Assembly (NCBI GenBank): GCA_963718525.1
Contig: OY970355.1
Coordinates: 2,176,001-2,240,000, forward strand
Direction of reading: 5' to 3'
DNA length: 64,000 nucleotides
Origin: Candidatus Dormiibacterota bacterium
GTDB lineage: Bacteria; Chloroflexota; Dormibacteria; Aeolococcales; Aeolococcaceae
This document shows, in pieces, positions 1-9,321 of this stretch. A program made the translations under genes and the position numbers. Each line of letters opens with the position of its first letter. Within the stretch, counting starts at the first letter, position 1. The notes below the pieces were generated by a model that saw only the letters and a list, made by a program, of their open reading frames with translations, made no database searches and was not told where the DNA came from.

Positions 1-1079
1 CGTCTGCTGCTTCATGGTGGACGTGCGCGACGGCGTGACGGCGCTCGACGAGGAGATTGCCCAAACCCTTCGCCGGGGAGGGCGGCCGGTCATCCTCGTG
101 GGCAACAAGGCCGACAGCCAGGTCGATCGATATCGAGCCGACGAGTTGTACCGGCTCGGGCTCGGCGATCCGCTCCTGATCTCCGCGCTGCAGGGAACCG
201 ACACCGGCGATCTGCTCGATCGCTTCGTCGCCGAGCTGCCCGAGAACGGTGCTGCCGGGACCGAGCCTGCCGCAGGTGAGGTGAGCGTGGCCATCATCGG
301 CCGCCCGAACACCGGCAAGTCCTCACTGCTCAACGGGCTGGTGGGCTCGGAGCGCGCTCTGGTCTCGCCGGTGGCCGGGACGACGCGCGATGTTGTGGAC
401 ACGGTGGTTTCGCTCGACGGGCGCAAGATCCGGCTCGTCGATACCGCTGGCATTCGCCGGCGCGGCATCGTCACCGAGAACGTCGAGCGCTACAGCCTAC
501 TGCGCTCGTTGCGAGCGTTGCAGCGCAGCGACATCGGCCTCCTCGTCATCGATGCATCCGAAGGCGCGAGTGCTCAGGACCGGCACATCGCCGGATACGC
601 CGTGGAGGCGGGTGCAGGGCTCGTGGTCGCCGCAAACAAGTGGGATCTCGTGAAGCACGAGGATCGGGTTGACGCGGGGTTCCTGAAGAAGTTGCAGGAA
701 CTCATTCTCCTTCGTCCCGGGCGTGCCGGTGCTCACGCTGTCGGCGACCGAGCATCGCAACCTGAAGCGGGTGATGCCCGCAGTGCTCGCGGTCGCAGAC
801 GCGCGTGCAATACACATTCCGACTCCAGCGTTGAACAACCTGATCCGCAACGCGCTCGACGAACATCCGCCGCGGACGCACAAGGGCCGGCGGCTCAAGA
901 TTCTCTATGCCACCCAGGCGCGAAGCCCCGTTCCGACCATCGTGCTCTTCGTCAACGATCCCGAGTTGATGCACTTCGCGTATCAGCGGTATCTCGAGAA
1001 CCGGATCCGTGCCGTCTTCGGCTTTGCCGGGGTCCGGTTGCGGATCGTGACCCGGCACCGCGACGAGAGCGACGACTGA
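1..1079 (+). CDS. der: Ribosome biogenesis GTPase Der (EngA), 5'-partial, apparent frameshift near 700
   Basis: End of G-domain 1 (NKAD), G-domain 2 (GRPNTGKS, GTTRD, DTAG, NKWD) in ORF 14..; KH-like C-terminus (LKILYATQ..YQRYLENRIRAVFGFAG) in another frame, 723..1079. Confidence 0.93.
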
Positions 1080-1128
1080 GCCCTGGTCGGTCTCGGGCCC
1101 CGGGGCGTTAGAGTCGCTAGGCGCGCCT

Positions 1129-1202
1129 CGGGGAGTAGCTCAGATGGTTAGAGTACTGGTCTGGGGGACCAGGGGTCGCAGGTTCGAGTCCTGTCTCCCC
1201 GA
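1129..1202 (+). tRNA. tRNA-Pro(GGG), CCA not encoded; anchor/attL of the array
   Basis: Acceptor stem CGGGGAG/CTCCCCG, D arm, anticodon stem CTGGT/ACCAG with loop CT-GGG-GG, T arm GCAGG-TTCGAGT-CCTGT. Confidence 0.97.
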
Positions 1203-1269
1203 CGGGCGCGCGTCAGAGGGCATTTGCGAGATCAAAAGACGGCCCGTCTTCGTACGTTCCGTCGCTGGA

Positions 1270-1735
1270 TTTTGGATTGGCTCACTGTGGGCAATCATCG
1301 CCGACAACAAACTGGCACGTGTCGATGCCGCGTCCGGAAGAGTAACTGCTGCCACCATCACAACACCATATCCAGCCCAGGAAGTCATCAGCGGCTTGGG
1401 GCCAGATGTTTTCATCGTCGAGAGCATCGGCGGGGGGAGTGCTGCTGTCGCGCGCGTCAACCCTGCATCCAATTGCGTGGACGGGCTGAGCGCGCCCTTC
1501 AGCGCCGACGCTGAGAGCGCCACCTTGATAACCAATGGTCCCAGCGGTGTCCACGTCGCATACAGCGTCGGCAAACTTGCCCCGATTGATCCGGCCACCA
1601 TGCAGACCCGCGCCACCACCACCCTGGACCAACCAGGATTACTTAGCCTACCCGTCCTTTGGCTTCGGGTCAGTCTGGTTCCCTACGTTCGGAAACAATA
1701 CCCTCCTACGCGTCAAGCCTCTGGTCCTTGATATA
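1270..1735 (+). pseudogene. Fragment of a beta-propeller (YncE/Vgb-like) protein
   Basis: Repeated GSLW..LARVD and FGFGSVW..TLLRV motifs in two frames, no credible start. Confidence 0.45.
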
Positions 1736-1815
1736 GCGCCAAACGTGAAGCGAGCGGCACACATCGAGGCAGCCCGAACTGGGCACCGATCCTGTCATCC
1801 ATATCGTTGGTCACA

Positions 1816-2739
1816 TCAGGCGAGGCGGCGGCGAACCCACAAGAAGCAGAACGTGGCTATGAGGAGGGCGAGTCCGACGTATATGGCCGTCTCGTACCAC
1901 TGGAATGGCCAGTAGCGGTCAGCGGGTTGATAGGTGAATCCAATCCGGCGCAGCGCACCAGAACAAGCTCGGGCGCTCGCGCCTGATCCGATAGTGCAGC
2001 TGGCATCCGTCCAATGAGAAAGAACCCAATCATCGGGATGCGGCGGGGTGACCGAACCGGCGACGACCGGCAAGGGGCCGCGGGTCCCCAGCGTAAGAAA
2101 CGTTAGTGGACTCTGAAAATACGGTCGCACCAGCTGGCTGACTACCAGTCGTGCTGCAATGAATCCAGCGAGCGTGGCGGCCATCGCCGGCAGAGTGCGA
2201 CGGATGATTGCACCTAGTGCGACCCCTAGGGTGAAAGCGAAGGCGGCGTAGCCGATCGGGACGATTGCTCGCTCATCGAAGACCCCCGGCACGAAGCGGT
2301 TCATGTTGACCGAATCGATCGGGCTGAACCACCACGTGACCATGAGGCTGAAGAGTGCCGTAACGCCGATGCTCGCCAAGCCGACGACGCCGAGTTTCAC
2401 CGTGAGCCATCGCTCCCGGGTGACGCTCTGCGTCCAGATCAACAAGAAGGTGTTGGTTTCAAGCTCTCGGGCGACGAGCGGGGCACCCCAAAACATTCCG
2501 ATCAGAGCTGGTACGACGATCATGACATCGCCGAGCGCTGATTGGAGGAGGGCGTCGTTGTTGACGAAATTGGCTGTGGCGGTTGCGCAGTTTCCATAGA
2601 CAGCACATGGCCTGACGGTCGTGTCATAGAGGTGCACCAGCTGCGGTTCAGTGGTCGCCAAGACAATCCCTAAGGCCACAAGGAGCCCGAAGACCACTGC
2701 GGCTTGCGTTCGAAACTGGAGCAACGCAAACCGAATCAT
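1816..2739 (-). CDS. ABC transporter permease
   Basis: Multi-TM protein with GAPLVARELE..W.QSVTR.RWL motif; overlaps the ATPase gene. Confidence 0.85.
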   Translation of the reverse strand: MIRFALLQFRTQAAVVFGLLVALGIVLATTEPQLVHLYDTTVRPCAVYGNCATATANFVNNDALLQSALGDVMIVVPALIGMFWGAPLVARELETNTFLLIWTQSVTRERWLTVKLGVVGLASIGVTALFSLMVTWWFSPIDSVNMNRFVPGVFDERAIVPIGYAAFAFTLGVALGAIIRRTLPAMAATLAGFIAARLVVSQLVRPYFQSPLTFLTLGTRGPLPVVAGSVTPPHPDDWVLSHWTDASCTIGSGASARACSGALRRIGFTYQPADRYWPFQWYETAIYVGLALLIATFCFLWVRRRLA

Positions 2740-3632
2740 CGAAGGATGCCGATGCCGGATCGACGAGCTTTTTCGGCGCTGCGCGCCCGGCTCATGTATG
2801 CGAGCACGAGATCTTCAACTGTCACAGGCCTGACGGTCCAGGTCGGATCCAGGATCGGTTCCGTGGTTCGCACCAGAAGAACGCTCTGCCTGTCGGTATG
2901 GCTCTCCTCGATGACTTCATTGGTCATCGGGAGAGCCGTGAGGTCTCGGCGACGACCGGAGAGCCGGCAGTGCGACGCCAACAGCTCACCGACATCACCT
3001 GCGATCTGAACGTACGAGGAAGCGAGCACGACCATGTAGTCGCACACCCGTGCAAGGTCAGAGACGAGATGTGAGGAAAGCACAACGCTGATTCCGCGCT
3101 CAGCGACGACTGCCATAAGGGTTTGGAGGAAGTCGCGGCGAGCGAGAGGGTCCAAACTGGCCACCGGTTCATCAAGGATGAGGACTTCAGGGCGTTTTGC
3201 GATCGCAAGGGTGAGAGCAAGCTGAGCCCGCTGACCGCCCGAGAGGGTACCTGCATGCTGGCCTGGGTCAAGGCCGAGTTGTTCTATTTGTCGCTCGGCC
3301 AGGGCGCCGTCCCAATTCGGGTTGAGCATGGCTCCCATCCGAAGGTGATCTGCAACGGAAATACCTGCATACGTTGGGGTTACCTGGGCAACGAAACCAA
3401 CCCGTCCGAGTTGGTTTGGACCATCAGCGGGACGACCGCCGAGTACCGCCACCGTGCCAGAAGTCGGAGAAGCGATACCAACCGCTAGGTGCAACAACGT
3501 TGTTTTGCCAGCGCCATTTGGGCCGACAAGGCCGACGACCTTCCCGGCCGGGATCGACAGCGTGCAGTCGCGGAGTGCCCAATGCCGCCGGTAGCGTTTT
3601 CCCAAGCCACTGGTTTCAAGGACAGCCGTCAT
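2736..3632 (-). CDS. ABC transporter ATP-binding protein (YtrB-like)
   Basis: Walker A GPNGAGKT, LSGGQ signature, Walker B LILDEP, SSH. Confidence 0.95.
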   Translation of the reverse strand: MTAVLETSGLGKRYRRHWALRDCTLSIPAGKVVGLVGPNGAGKTTLLHLAVGIASPTSGTVAVLGGRPADGPNQLGRVGFVAQVTPTYAGISVADHLRMGAMLNPNWDGALAERQIEQLGLDPGQHAGTLSGGQRAQLALTLAIAKRPEVLILDEPVASLDPLARRDFLQTLMAVVAERGISVVLSSHLVSDLARVCDYMVVLASSYVQIAGDVGELLASHCRLSGRRRDLTALPMTNEVIEESHTDRQSVLLVRTTEPILDPTWTVRPVTVEDLVLAYMSRARSAEKARRSGIGILR

Positions 3633-4021
3633 GCCACGCCCTCGGCGAAGCTGTCGCGGAAAGCGGTCCGGTATATCGCCTCAATATCGTCTGCATCCAA
3701 GCCCGCTGAGCGTGCCGAGCGCAGCCACTGCGTCATCGAAGCGAGGAGGCGAGCTTGAGTTGCGGGATTGGTGCGGGACAGGGATGCGATCACGAACGTT
3801 CCCTGACCTGGACGAGGCCGTACGAGGCGCTCGCGTTCGAGATCCCGATATGCCTTCAGAACAGTGTTCGGATTGATTGCCAACTGGCTGACGACTTGCT
3901 GAGCCGTCGGCAACTGGTCCCCGGGCTCTAGGAGCCCGAGACGCATGGCCTGATGAACCTGCTGCACCAGCTGCAGATAGGTGGCTACGCCAGAGGTTGT
4001 GTCGAGCTGAAATTGGATCAT
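3629..4021 (-). CDS. GntR/YtrA-family regulator
   Basis: Short GntR wHTH (YLQL..PGDQLP..INPNTVLKAYRDLE..GQGTFV) heading an ABC operon. Confidence 0.92.
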   Translation of the reverse strand: MIQFQLDTTSGVATYLQLVQQVHQAMRLGLLEPGDQLPTAQQVVSQLAINPNTVLKAYRDLERERLVRPRPGQGTFVIASLSRTNPATQARLLASMTQWLRSARSAGLDADDIEAIYRTAFRDSFAEGVA

Positions 4022-4113
4022 AAAACCTTCTTCAACTAATCTCTTAGTGCAAGCGTATCACGGTCGTGGTTTGACGCATGGCACCCCTGCGCCGTCAGCC
4101 CGTGAATGGCGCG

Positions 4114-4345
4114 TTGCAGACCATGGCGTGAGGGACTTCAGGGGGGCATATCGCGAACTACCTGCACGGGGCCGGATCGATTGCCCTGACTCATCACGGG
4201 CCGCTCATCGCTTGACTCCCCGGTGCTGGCAGATGAATCAGCGACGGCACGAGCAGTGGCCTAGCTTGGGGAAGCGGTGAATCGGATTCGCTCTGGCGCC
4301 GGAATGAGCAAGGACGAACTCAGCGACTGGTTCAATCTCAGGCAG
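4114..4345 (+). pseudogene. Decayed Phd/YefM-like antitoxin
   Basis: With frameshifts reads approximately MQTIGVRDFRGHIANYL..IALTHHG...GMSKDELSDWFNL; lies upstream of a PIN relic. Confidence 0.5.
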
Positions 4346-4362
4346 CCATCGCCGGACTAAAG

Positions 4363-4770
4363 TTGGCAGTCGATGCCCGCACCCGCGTCGCCGCGCTAAT
4401 CAGCGGGGTCGCGCGCTCTTTGCGCGCGCTGAACTGCGCTGATGGTAAGCGAGCATGTGGGGCGACCACTCGCGGGCTCGTGCGCCGAGCGACGGTACTC
4501 CAACAGTGTCGGATCAACCGCGGTGGGCGAGCTGCTGGCTGCCGCGAATGATGTCGGCCAGAAGCGTTTCGTGGCTGTGCCTGCTGCCGCCTCCTCTCGC
4601 GCGAAGCGATCGCACCGCCCACCCGTCCGCGACGAAGTGATCAGTCGACGGCCGCATTGGCGCCCGCGACCGATGCGGCAATCCTGCCCAAGCGACCCCG
4701 GCTTCCTGGGCGGCGGAGCCGTGACGTCGGCCTACAAAACGCTGCTGCGGAGCTCCAGCGCGCACAGAGC
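4363..4770 (+). pseudogene. Decayed PIN-domain toxin
   Basis: LAVDAR..VAAL start and ALA.ATDAAIL..DPGFLGGG C-terminal motif across frameshifts; homologous DNA at 22455-22665. Confidence 0.55.
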
Positions 4771-4932
4771 CGGGACCCTAATGATGCTCGGTCCTTACCT
4801 CCGCGCACGTATCGTCGTCGCAACATGCAGGCTAGTTCAGCCGTTTCCAACTTATGGGGATCGGTCGTCATTCCAACCATCTCCCGACGAAATGACTCTA
4901 AATCGAAGTCAGCACTCATCGAGAATTGAATG

Positions 4933-4980
4933 CTGGTCTGGGGGGGCCAGGGGTCGCAGGTTCGAGTCCTGTCTCCCCGA
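4933..4980 (+). repeat. tRNA-Pro 3'-half copy, att site R1 (48 nt, altered G-run)
   Basis: Matches 1156-1202 except CTG7CCAG in place of CTG5ACCAG; conserved arm about 4840-4932; followed by CGGACGCGCAA. Confidence 0.95.
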
Positions 4981-5109
4981 CGGACGCGCAATGCCTCATT
5001 TCGCGACAAGCGGTTGTGCTGTTCGGCATGAGCGACACCGAGCGGCGAAAGACGACAGAGCCTCAGGAGTTGGCAGTTCGGCGTTTCGCTACGCTCCCCG
5101 TATGGGTCG

Positions 5110-5796
5110 ATGCGCGTAAATCCTGATCCCATGGTTGGGTTGACGTGGACGGACGACATCGTCGCGCGTTCGGCGGCCCCCGGCGAGAACGCCCTGCTCT
5201 ACCTCAGCCTGCTGAGCTCTGCTGGCCTCGTGCCCGTCCTGATCACGCCGAAATCATCGACGACGGTCCTTGCCCGCCTTGACGGTCTCGTCGTACCCGG
5301 CGGCCCCGACATTGCACCAGCTCGGTATGGACAGGAGCCGGGACCGCACACGGAGACCTCCATCGAGGACCTGGACGCGCTCGAACTCGAGATCGTGACG
5401 GCAGCTCGTGCTCGCAACCTTCCGATGCTCGGGATATGCCGAGGGCAGCAGGTGCTGAACGTCGCGCTGGGCGGAACGCTACACCAGCACGTCGACCATC
5501 CCCGGTGGGGCGCGGACCCTGCAGCGCCGATTCACGAAGTGCAGATTCTTGAGGACACTTACCTGCGACACATCCTTCGTGTAGACGTAGCAGCGGTGAA
5601 TAGTGGCCACCACCAGGCTGTGGACCGCCTGGCACCATCCCTACACCCGGCCGCCGTCAGCAGTGACGGGTGCGTCGAAGCCCTCGAGGCTCCGGATTTG
5701 CTGCTCCTGGCTGTGCAATGGCACCCCGAAGAGATGCCCGAAGCGCAGAGCTCTCGCCGGCTCGTCGAAGGATTCGCACGATGGATCAAGGGCTGA
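5110..5796 (+). CDS. Gamma-glutamyl-GABA hydrolase family (peptidase C26, PuuD-like)
   Basis: PGGPDI, LGICRGQQ nucleophile elbow, HHQAV, VQWHPE. Confidence 0.9.
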   Translation: MRVNPDPMVGLTWTDDIVARSAAPGENALLYLSLLSSAGLVPVLITPKSSTTVLARLDGLVVPGGPDIAPARYGQEPGPHTETSIEDLDALELEIVTAARARNLPMLGICRGQQVLNVALGGTLHQHVDHPRWGADPAAPIHEVQILEDTYLRHILRVDVAAVNSGHHQAVDRLAPSLHPAAVSSDGCVEALEAPDLLLLAVQWHPEEMPEAQSSRRLVEGFARWIKG

Positions 5797-5964
5797 CGCA
5801 AGGTCCTGGTTGATGTTCTGTCCTGCAAAACCACTTGTGATTCCAACGCGGAGTTGTCTCTGCAGGTAGGTAGCGTCAAGGCGCCGTCGTGTCGGCCGGC
5901 AGAGGCTCTCCGCGCTTCTCGATCATTGCGAGCTGATACGCGCGGCTAAGCAGATCGAGGTGCA

Positions 5965-5991
5965 TGAACCGCCGCGGGTTTCATAGAGGCG
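5965..5991 (+). mobile_element. Orphan IS3-family-like left inverted repeat
   Basis: TGAACCGCCGCGGGTTTCATAGAGGC resembles the IS6110-type end TGAACCGCCCCGG..GGAGACTC; no transposase nearby. Confidence 0.45.
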
Positions 5992-6072
5992 CTGGGGAGT
6001 CCCGACTTCGGTGGAGTCGCGTGCTTGATCCTTTGCCCTCCCAACGGTAAGACTTCGTGTTATCGTCTGCTT

Positions 6073-6333
6073 GTGCGAACGACCGGGACCGTGACGATCT
6101 CTTTGTCGCCAGAGCTCGCGGTCGAAGTCGATCGCCTGGCGCACCAGGAGGGTCGGACACGCAGCGAACTTTTGCGCGAAGCGTTTCGCCAGTATGCGGA
6201 GCGACGCAGACGATGGGACCAGCTTTTTGCGTATGGAGAAGGACGAGCGGCGGCCGGCGCCCTGACTGAAGACACAGTCGCTGCCGCGGTGAAGTCGCGT
6301 CGTCGCCTATCTCGCCGCAAGCTAACACGCTGA
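6073..6333 (+). CDS. CopG/RHH antitoxin (probably leaderless, GTG 6073)
   Basis: TVTISLSPEL..VDRLA..EGRTRSELLREAFRQY; TGtTATCGT extended -10 ends 7 nt upstream. Confidence 0.88.
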   Translation: MRTTGTVTISLSPELAVEVDRLAHQEGRTRSELLREAFRQYAERRRRWDQLFAYGEGRAAAGALTEDTVAAAVKSRRRLSRRKLTR

Positions 6334-6732
6334 GTGCGGATTGTCCTCGACACCAATGTGCTGGCTTCGGCGCTCCACTTTGATGGGCGACCGCGACGCC
6401 TCCTCGAGGACATCCTCCGTGGTGATCACCTGCTGATCATCGGTCCCGCGATCCTCGGCGAGCTTGAGGCTGTACTCGTGAAGACCTGTGGCTGGACAAG
6501 CGATCGGGCTGCCGCGGTGCGAGCCGAGCTCGAGGCGATCGCCGAGGTGGTGACGCCGGTCGAGATCCCCCGCCTCTGCCGGGATCCTGATGACGATCAG
6601 GTCCTTGCCATCGCGGTCGTCGGAGCGGTGGATGCACTTGTTACGGGGGACGGCGATCTGCTCGCGCTCGGCGCGCCCCGCGGTGTGAACATCATGTCAG
6701 TCGCCGACTTCGACGTTCTCGCGAGGGACTGA
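6334..6732 (+). CDS. PIN-domain (VapC-like) toxin
   Basis: RIVLDTNVL, E, CRDPDDD, VTGDGDLL acidic motifs; abuts the antitoxin. Confidence 0.93.
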   Translation: MRIVLDTNVLASALHFDGRPRRLLEDILRGDHLLIIGPAILGELEAVLVKTCGWTSDRAAAVRAELEAIAEVVTPVEIPRLCRDPDDDQVLAIAVVGAVDALVTGDGDLLALGAPRGVNIMSVADFDVLARD

Positions 6733-6878
6733 GAAAGGTAGTCCACCGCGTATCCAACACCACGCCTCAAGTCCACAGTGTTCCAACGGATTCCATCACC
6801 CGTGCACTCGTCCTGACTCCAACCATTTCGCGACGAATGCCCTCAAACTCGAACTCAATCTGAATCGGGAGACGAGGA

Positions 6879-6925
6879 CTAATCTGGGGGACCAGGGGTC
6901 GCAGGTTCGAGTCCTGTCTCCCCGA
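6879..6925 (+). repeat. tRNA-Pro 3'-half copy, att site R2
   Basis: CTAAT+CTGGGGGACCAG...CTCCCCGA; arm about 6770-6878; followed by CGGACGCGCAA. Confidence 0.96.
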
Positions 6926-7128
6926 CGGACGCGCAATTTGAGTTCGCAGCAAGCGGTTGTGCGATGTGTGGGGCGCCCATTGGCCGACGGGGTGTGGTGG
7001 TCTAACCAGGAATTATCACTTTTCCTGCAAAAGGCATCAATCCCTACAGTTGGTGCCGGATACCGCGCTCATAGCAAGAGATTCTGGCAGGCAAGCGCAT
7101 ACACAGCGCTTACAGTTTCATCGGGGTG

Positions 7129-8527
7129 GGGTCAAGTCCCCGGTAGTGGTGTGAATTCGGTGGAGTTCTCACAACGTCGGTGAACTACGCGACCAGTCCC
7201 TCCGTGAGTGGGTTGGTGAGCAAGGGCGGACCGTCGGGGTGCAAAACGCGAGCCATCGACTGCTGACTGAAGTGACGGCGGCCGTCCTGCCACTCGTCGT
7301 GCTGGTCCTGGAGCACCGCGGTGAACAGCCGCAGCAGTGAGGCGCTGTTGGGGAAGATGCCCACCACCTTGGCGCGACGATCGAGCTCGGCGTTGACGCG
7401 CTCGATGGCATTGGTCGAAGAGATCGAGCGCCAGTGGTCGACCGGGAAGTCCAGATAGGCGAGCACATCGGCCTCAGCGGCGCGGAGCTTGGCAGCCACA
7501 GTTGGGAAGCGTGGCTCCAAGACGCTGAGCGCGTGGTTCACGGCGTCACGGGAAGTCTCGCGAGTGGGCTGCAGGAAGATCGACTTCACCACCGCGAGCA
7601 CCGCCGGCGCGTGCAGCTTGGGGACCGCGCTGGCCACGTTGCGGAGGAAGTGCACCTTGCAGCGCTGCCAGGTCGCGCCGGCGAACACCTGGGACAAGGC
7701 ACTGCGCAGCCCTTCGTGGGCGTCGGAGATGACCAGCTGTACGCCGCTCAGCCCGCGCCGGGCCAGGCTGCGGCAGAACTCCAGCCAGAAGGCCTCGGTC
7801 TCGCTGGCACCAATGGCGAGGCCGAGCACGCTCTTCTCGCCGGTGTCGCGCACGCCCACCGCCACCACCGCCGCCTGGCTGACGATGCGGGCGCCCTGAC
7901 GCACCTTCTCGTACGTGGCGTCGAACCACACGTACGGGTACGGCTCATCGAGGGGGCGCTCCCGGAACTCGGCGAGCTCCTCGTCGAGCAGGGCGCAGAT
8001 CCTGCTCACCTCGCTGCGACTGATGCTGCAGCCGCCCAGCGCAGCCATGAGATCGTCGACCTTGCGAGTGCTGATGCCGAGCACGTAGGCCTCCTGGACC
8101 GCCGCCAGCAGGGCCCGATCAATACGCCGTCGCGGCTCGAGCAAGGTCGGGAAGAAGCTCCCCGTGCGCAGCCTGGGGATCTGCAGCTCGAGGCGTCCCG
8201 AGCCGGTGTCGAGGATCCGCTCCCGATAGCCGTTGCGGTACGTGGTGCGCGTTGAAGCTCGCTCGTGCGGGCCGGCGCCGATCTGGGTGGACGCCTCGGC
8301 TTCGATCAAGCGCTGCATAGCGTGTTCGAGGACGCGCCGCAACACGTCCGTGTCTGCGCCCTGGAGTTGCTCGAGCAGTGCCGGGGGCATCATCCTGTTC
8401 TGGGCCATCGTGGGTCTCCTGGTTTGGGTAAGAGCTTCCAAGAGAACTCCGCGGTGGCCTTCTTTGTCTACCTCGTCGGCAGCGCTGGGGTCACCCCGGA
8501 TTTACACCACACTACGGGACATCACTC
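7129..8527 (-). mobile_element. IS256-family element
   Basis: Imperfect about 32-bp terminal IRs (GGGTCAAGTCCC..GTGGTGTGAATTCGG / GAGTGATGTCCC..GTGGTGTAAATCCGG); no target duplication seen. Confidence 0.85.
7185..8408 (-). CDS. IS256 transposase
   Basis: YRNGYR, IPRLR.GSFFP, GISTRKV, DATYEKVR, VISDAHEGL, WQRCKVHF, STNAIER; likely ATG at 8408. Confidence 0.96.
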   Translation of the reverse strand: MAQNRMMPPALLEQLQGADTDVLRRVLEHAMQRLIEAEASTQIGAGPHERASTRTTYRNGYRERILDTGSGRLELQIPRLRTGSFFPTLLEPRRRIDRALLAAVQEAYVLGISTRKVDDLMAALGGCSISRSEVSRICALLDEELAEFRERPLDEPYPYVWFDATYEKVRQGARIVSQAAVVAVGVRDTGEKSVLGLAIGASETEAFWLEFCRSLARRGLSGVQLVISDAHEGLRSALSQVFAGATWQRCKVHFLRNVASAVPKLHAPAVLAVVKSIFLQPTRETSRDAVNHALSVLEPRFPTVAAKLRAAEADVLAYLDFPVDHWRSISSTNAIERVNAELDRRAKVVGIFPNSASLLRLFTAVLQDQHDEWQDGRRHFSQQSMARVLHPDGPPLLTNPLTEGLVA

Positions 8528-8543
8528 AACGCGCTCGCCTCGT

Positions 8544-8668
8544 TGTAGAGGTCCGGTAGATACTTGCCACCGCAGGTCAACGAGGTGCTTGACGGCGCGC
8601 AGCGCGTCCGCCTAGTGCTTGACACAGCCGGCCTCCCTCCAGTCCGCTGGGACTGAGCGCCATCGGGT
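8544..8668 (+). mobile_element. IS481-type left-end relic
   Basis: Starts TGT, three GTCC-N4-GATRCTTGAC-like subterminal repeats; homologous to 12459-12590. Confidence 0.6.
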
Positions 8669-8856
8669 TCTTTGAAGTACAGCCGTAGGAGCATCTCGAC
8701 CTCGTTGATCCGAGCTCCTCTCGCGTGGTGAAACTCCCGAACTCGAAAGTCGTGCTGGCACCCTCCGCGTTCGCATGCTGGCAGCCTCCCGGTCCCCAGG
8801 ATCGCGGACTACATTGGCTGCGGAAGATCGAAGACTACTCTCACATAGAGGTGACC

Positions 8857-9321
8857 ATGAACGAGTTTGACATCGTGACTGTCATTGACCGGCCCGCGGA
8901 TCAAGTCTTTGCGTTTCTCGTGGACGTCGACAAGGCTGCTGACTGGAATCCCCAAGTGATCGAGGCGCGGCAGACGAGCGATGGACCGCTCGGCGTGGGC
9001 AGCAGACTTCTATATGTTGGAAGGTTCCTGGGACGCCGTTTCGAATCGGTCTCGGAATGTACTGACTACACCCCCAACGAAAGGTTCAGTACCAAGACGA
9101 CCTCCGGACCTTTCCACCTCGAAATCGACAACACTCTGAGTTCTGTCGATGGCGGAACCAGGCTGGCAACCGTCTATCGGGGCGAGAGTCGGGGCTTTTT
9201 CAAGCTGGCGGAGCCGGTCGTCGTGCGCTTGACCAAGAAACAGTTCGAAACCGCGACAGAGAACTTGAAGGCGCTGATTGAGACCGAGGCCACGGAAACG
9301 ATCCACGAGCTTTCGCGATAG
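8857..9321 (+). CDS. SRPBCC/polyketide cyclase family protein
   Basis: VTVIDRPADQVFAFL.D..W.P...GPLGVGS, C-terminal LKALIE; GAGG RBS before ATG 8857. Confidence 0.85.
   Translation: MNEFDIVTVIDRPADQVFAFLVDVDKAADWNPQVIEARQTSDGPLGVGSRLLYVGRFLGRRFESVSECTDYTPNERFSTKTTSGPFHLEIDNTLSSVDGGTRLATVYRGESRGFFKLAEPVVVRLTKKQFETATENLKALIETEATETIHELSR

Noticed and set aside
690-725. der as a true pseudogene or programmed frameshift
   Set aside because: Der is normally essential, both halves are well conserved, and no slippery site is evident. A sequencing indel is more likely, so other single frameshifts in the window (26314, 31015) also need read checking.
1144-1731. ORFs reading through the tRNA or att repeats (WGTRGRRFESCLPD, LGDQGSQVRVLSP, GRQDSNLRPLVPQT peptides)
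   Set aside because: Translations of the non-coding repeat, not a protein family.
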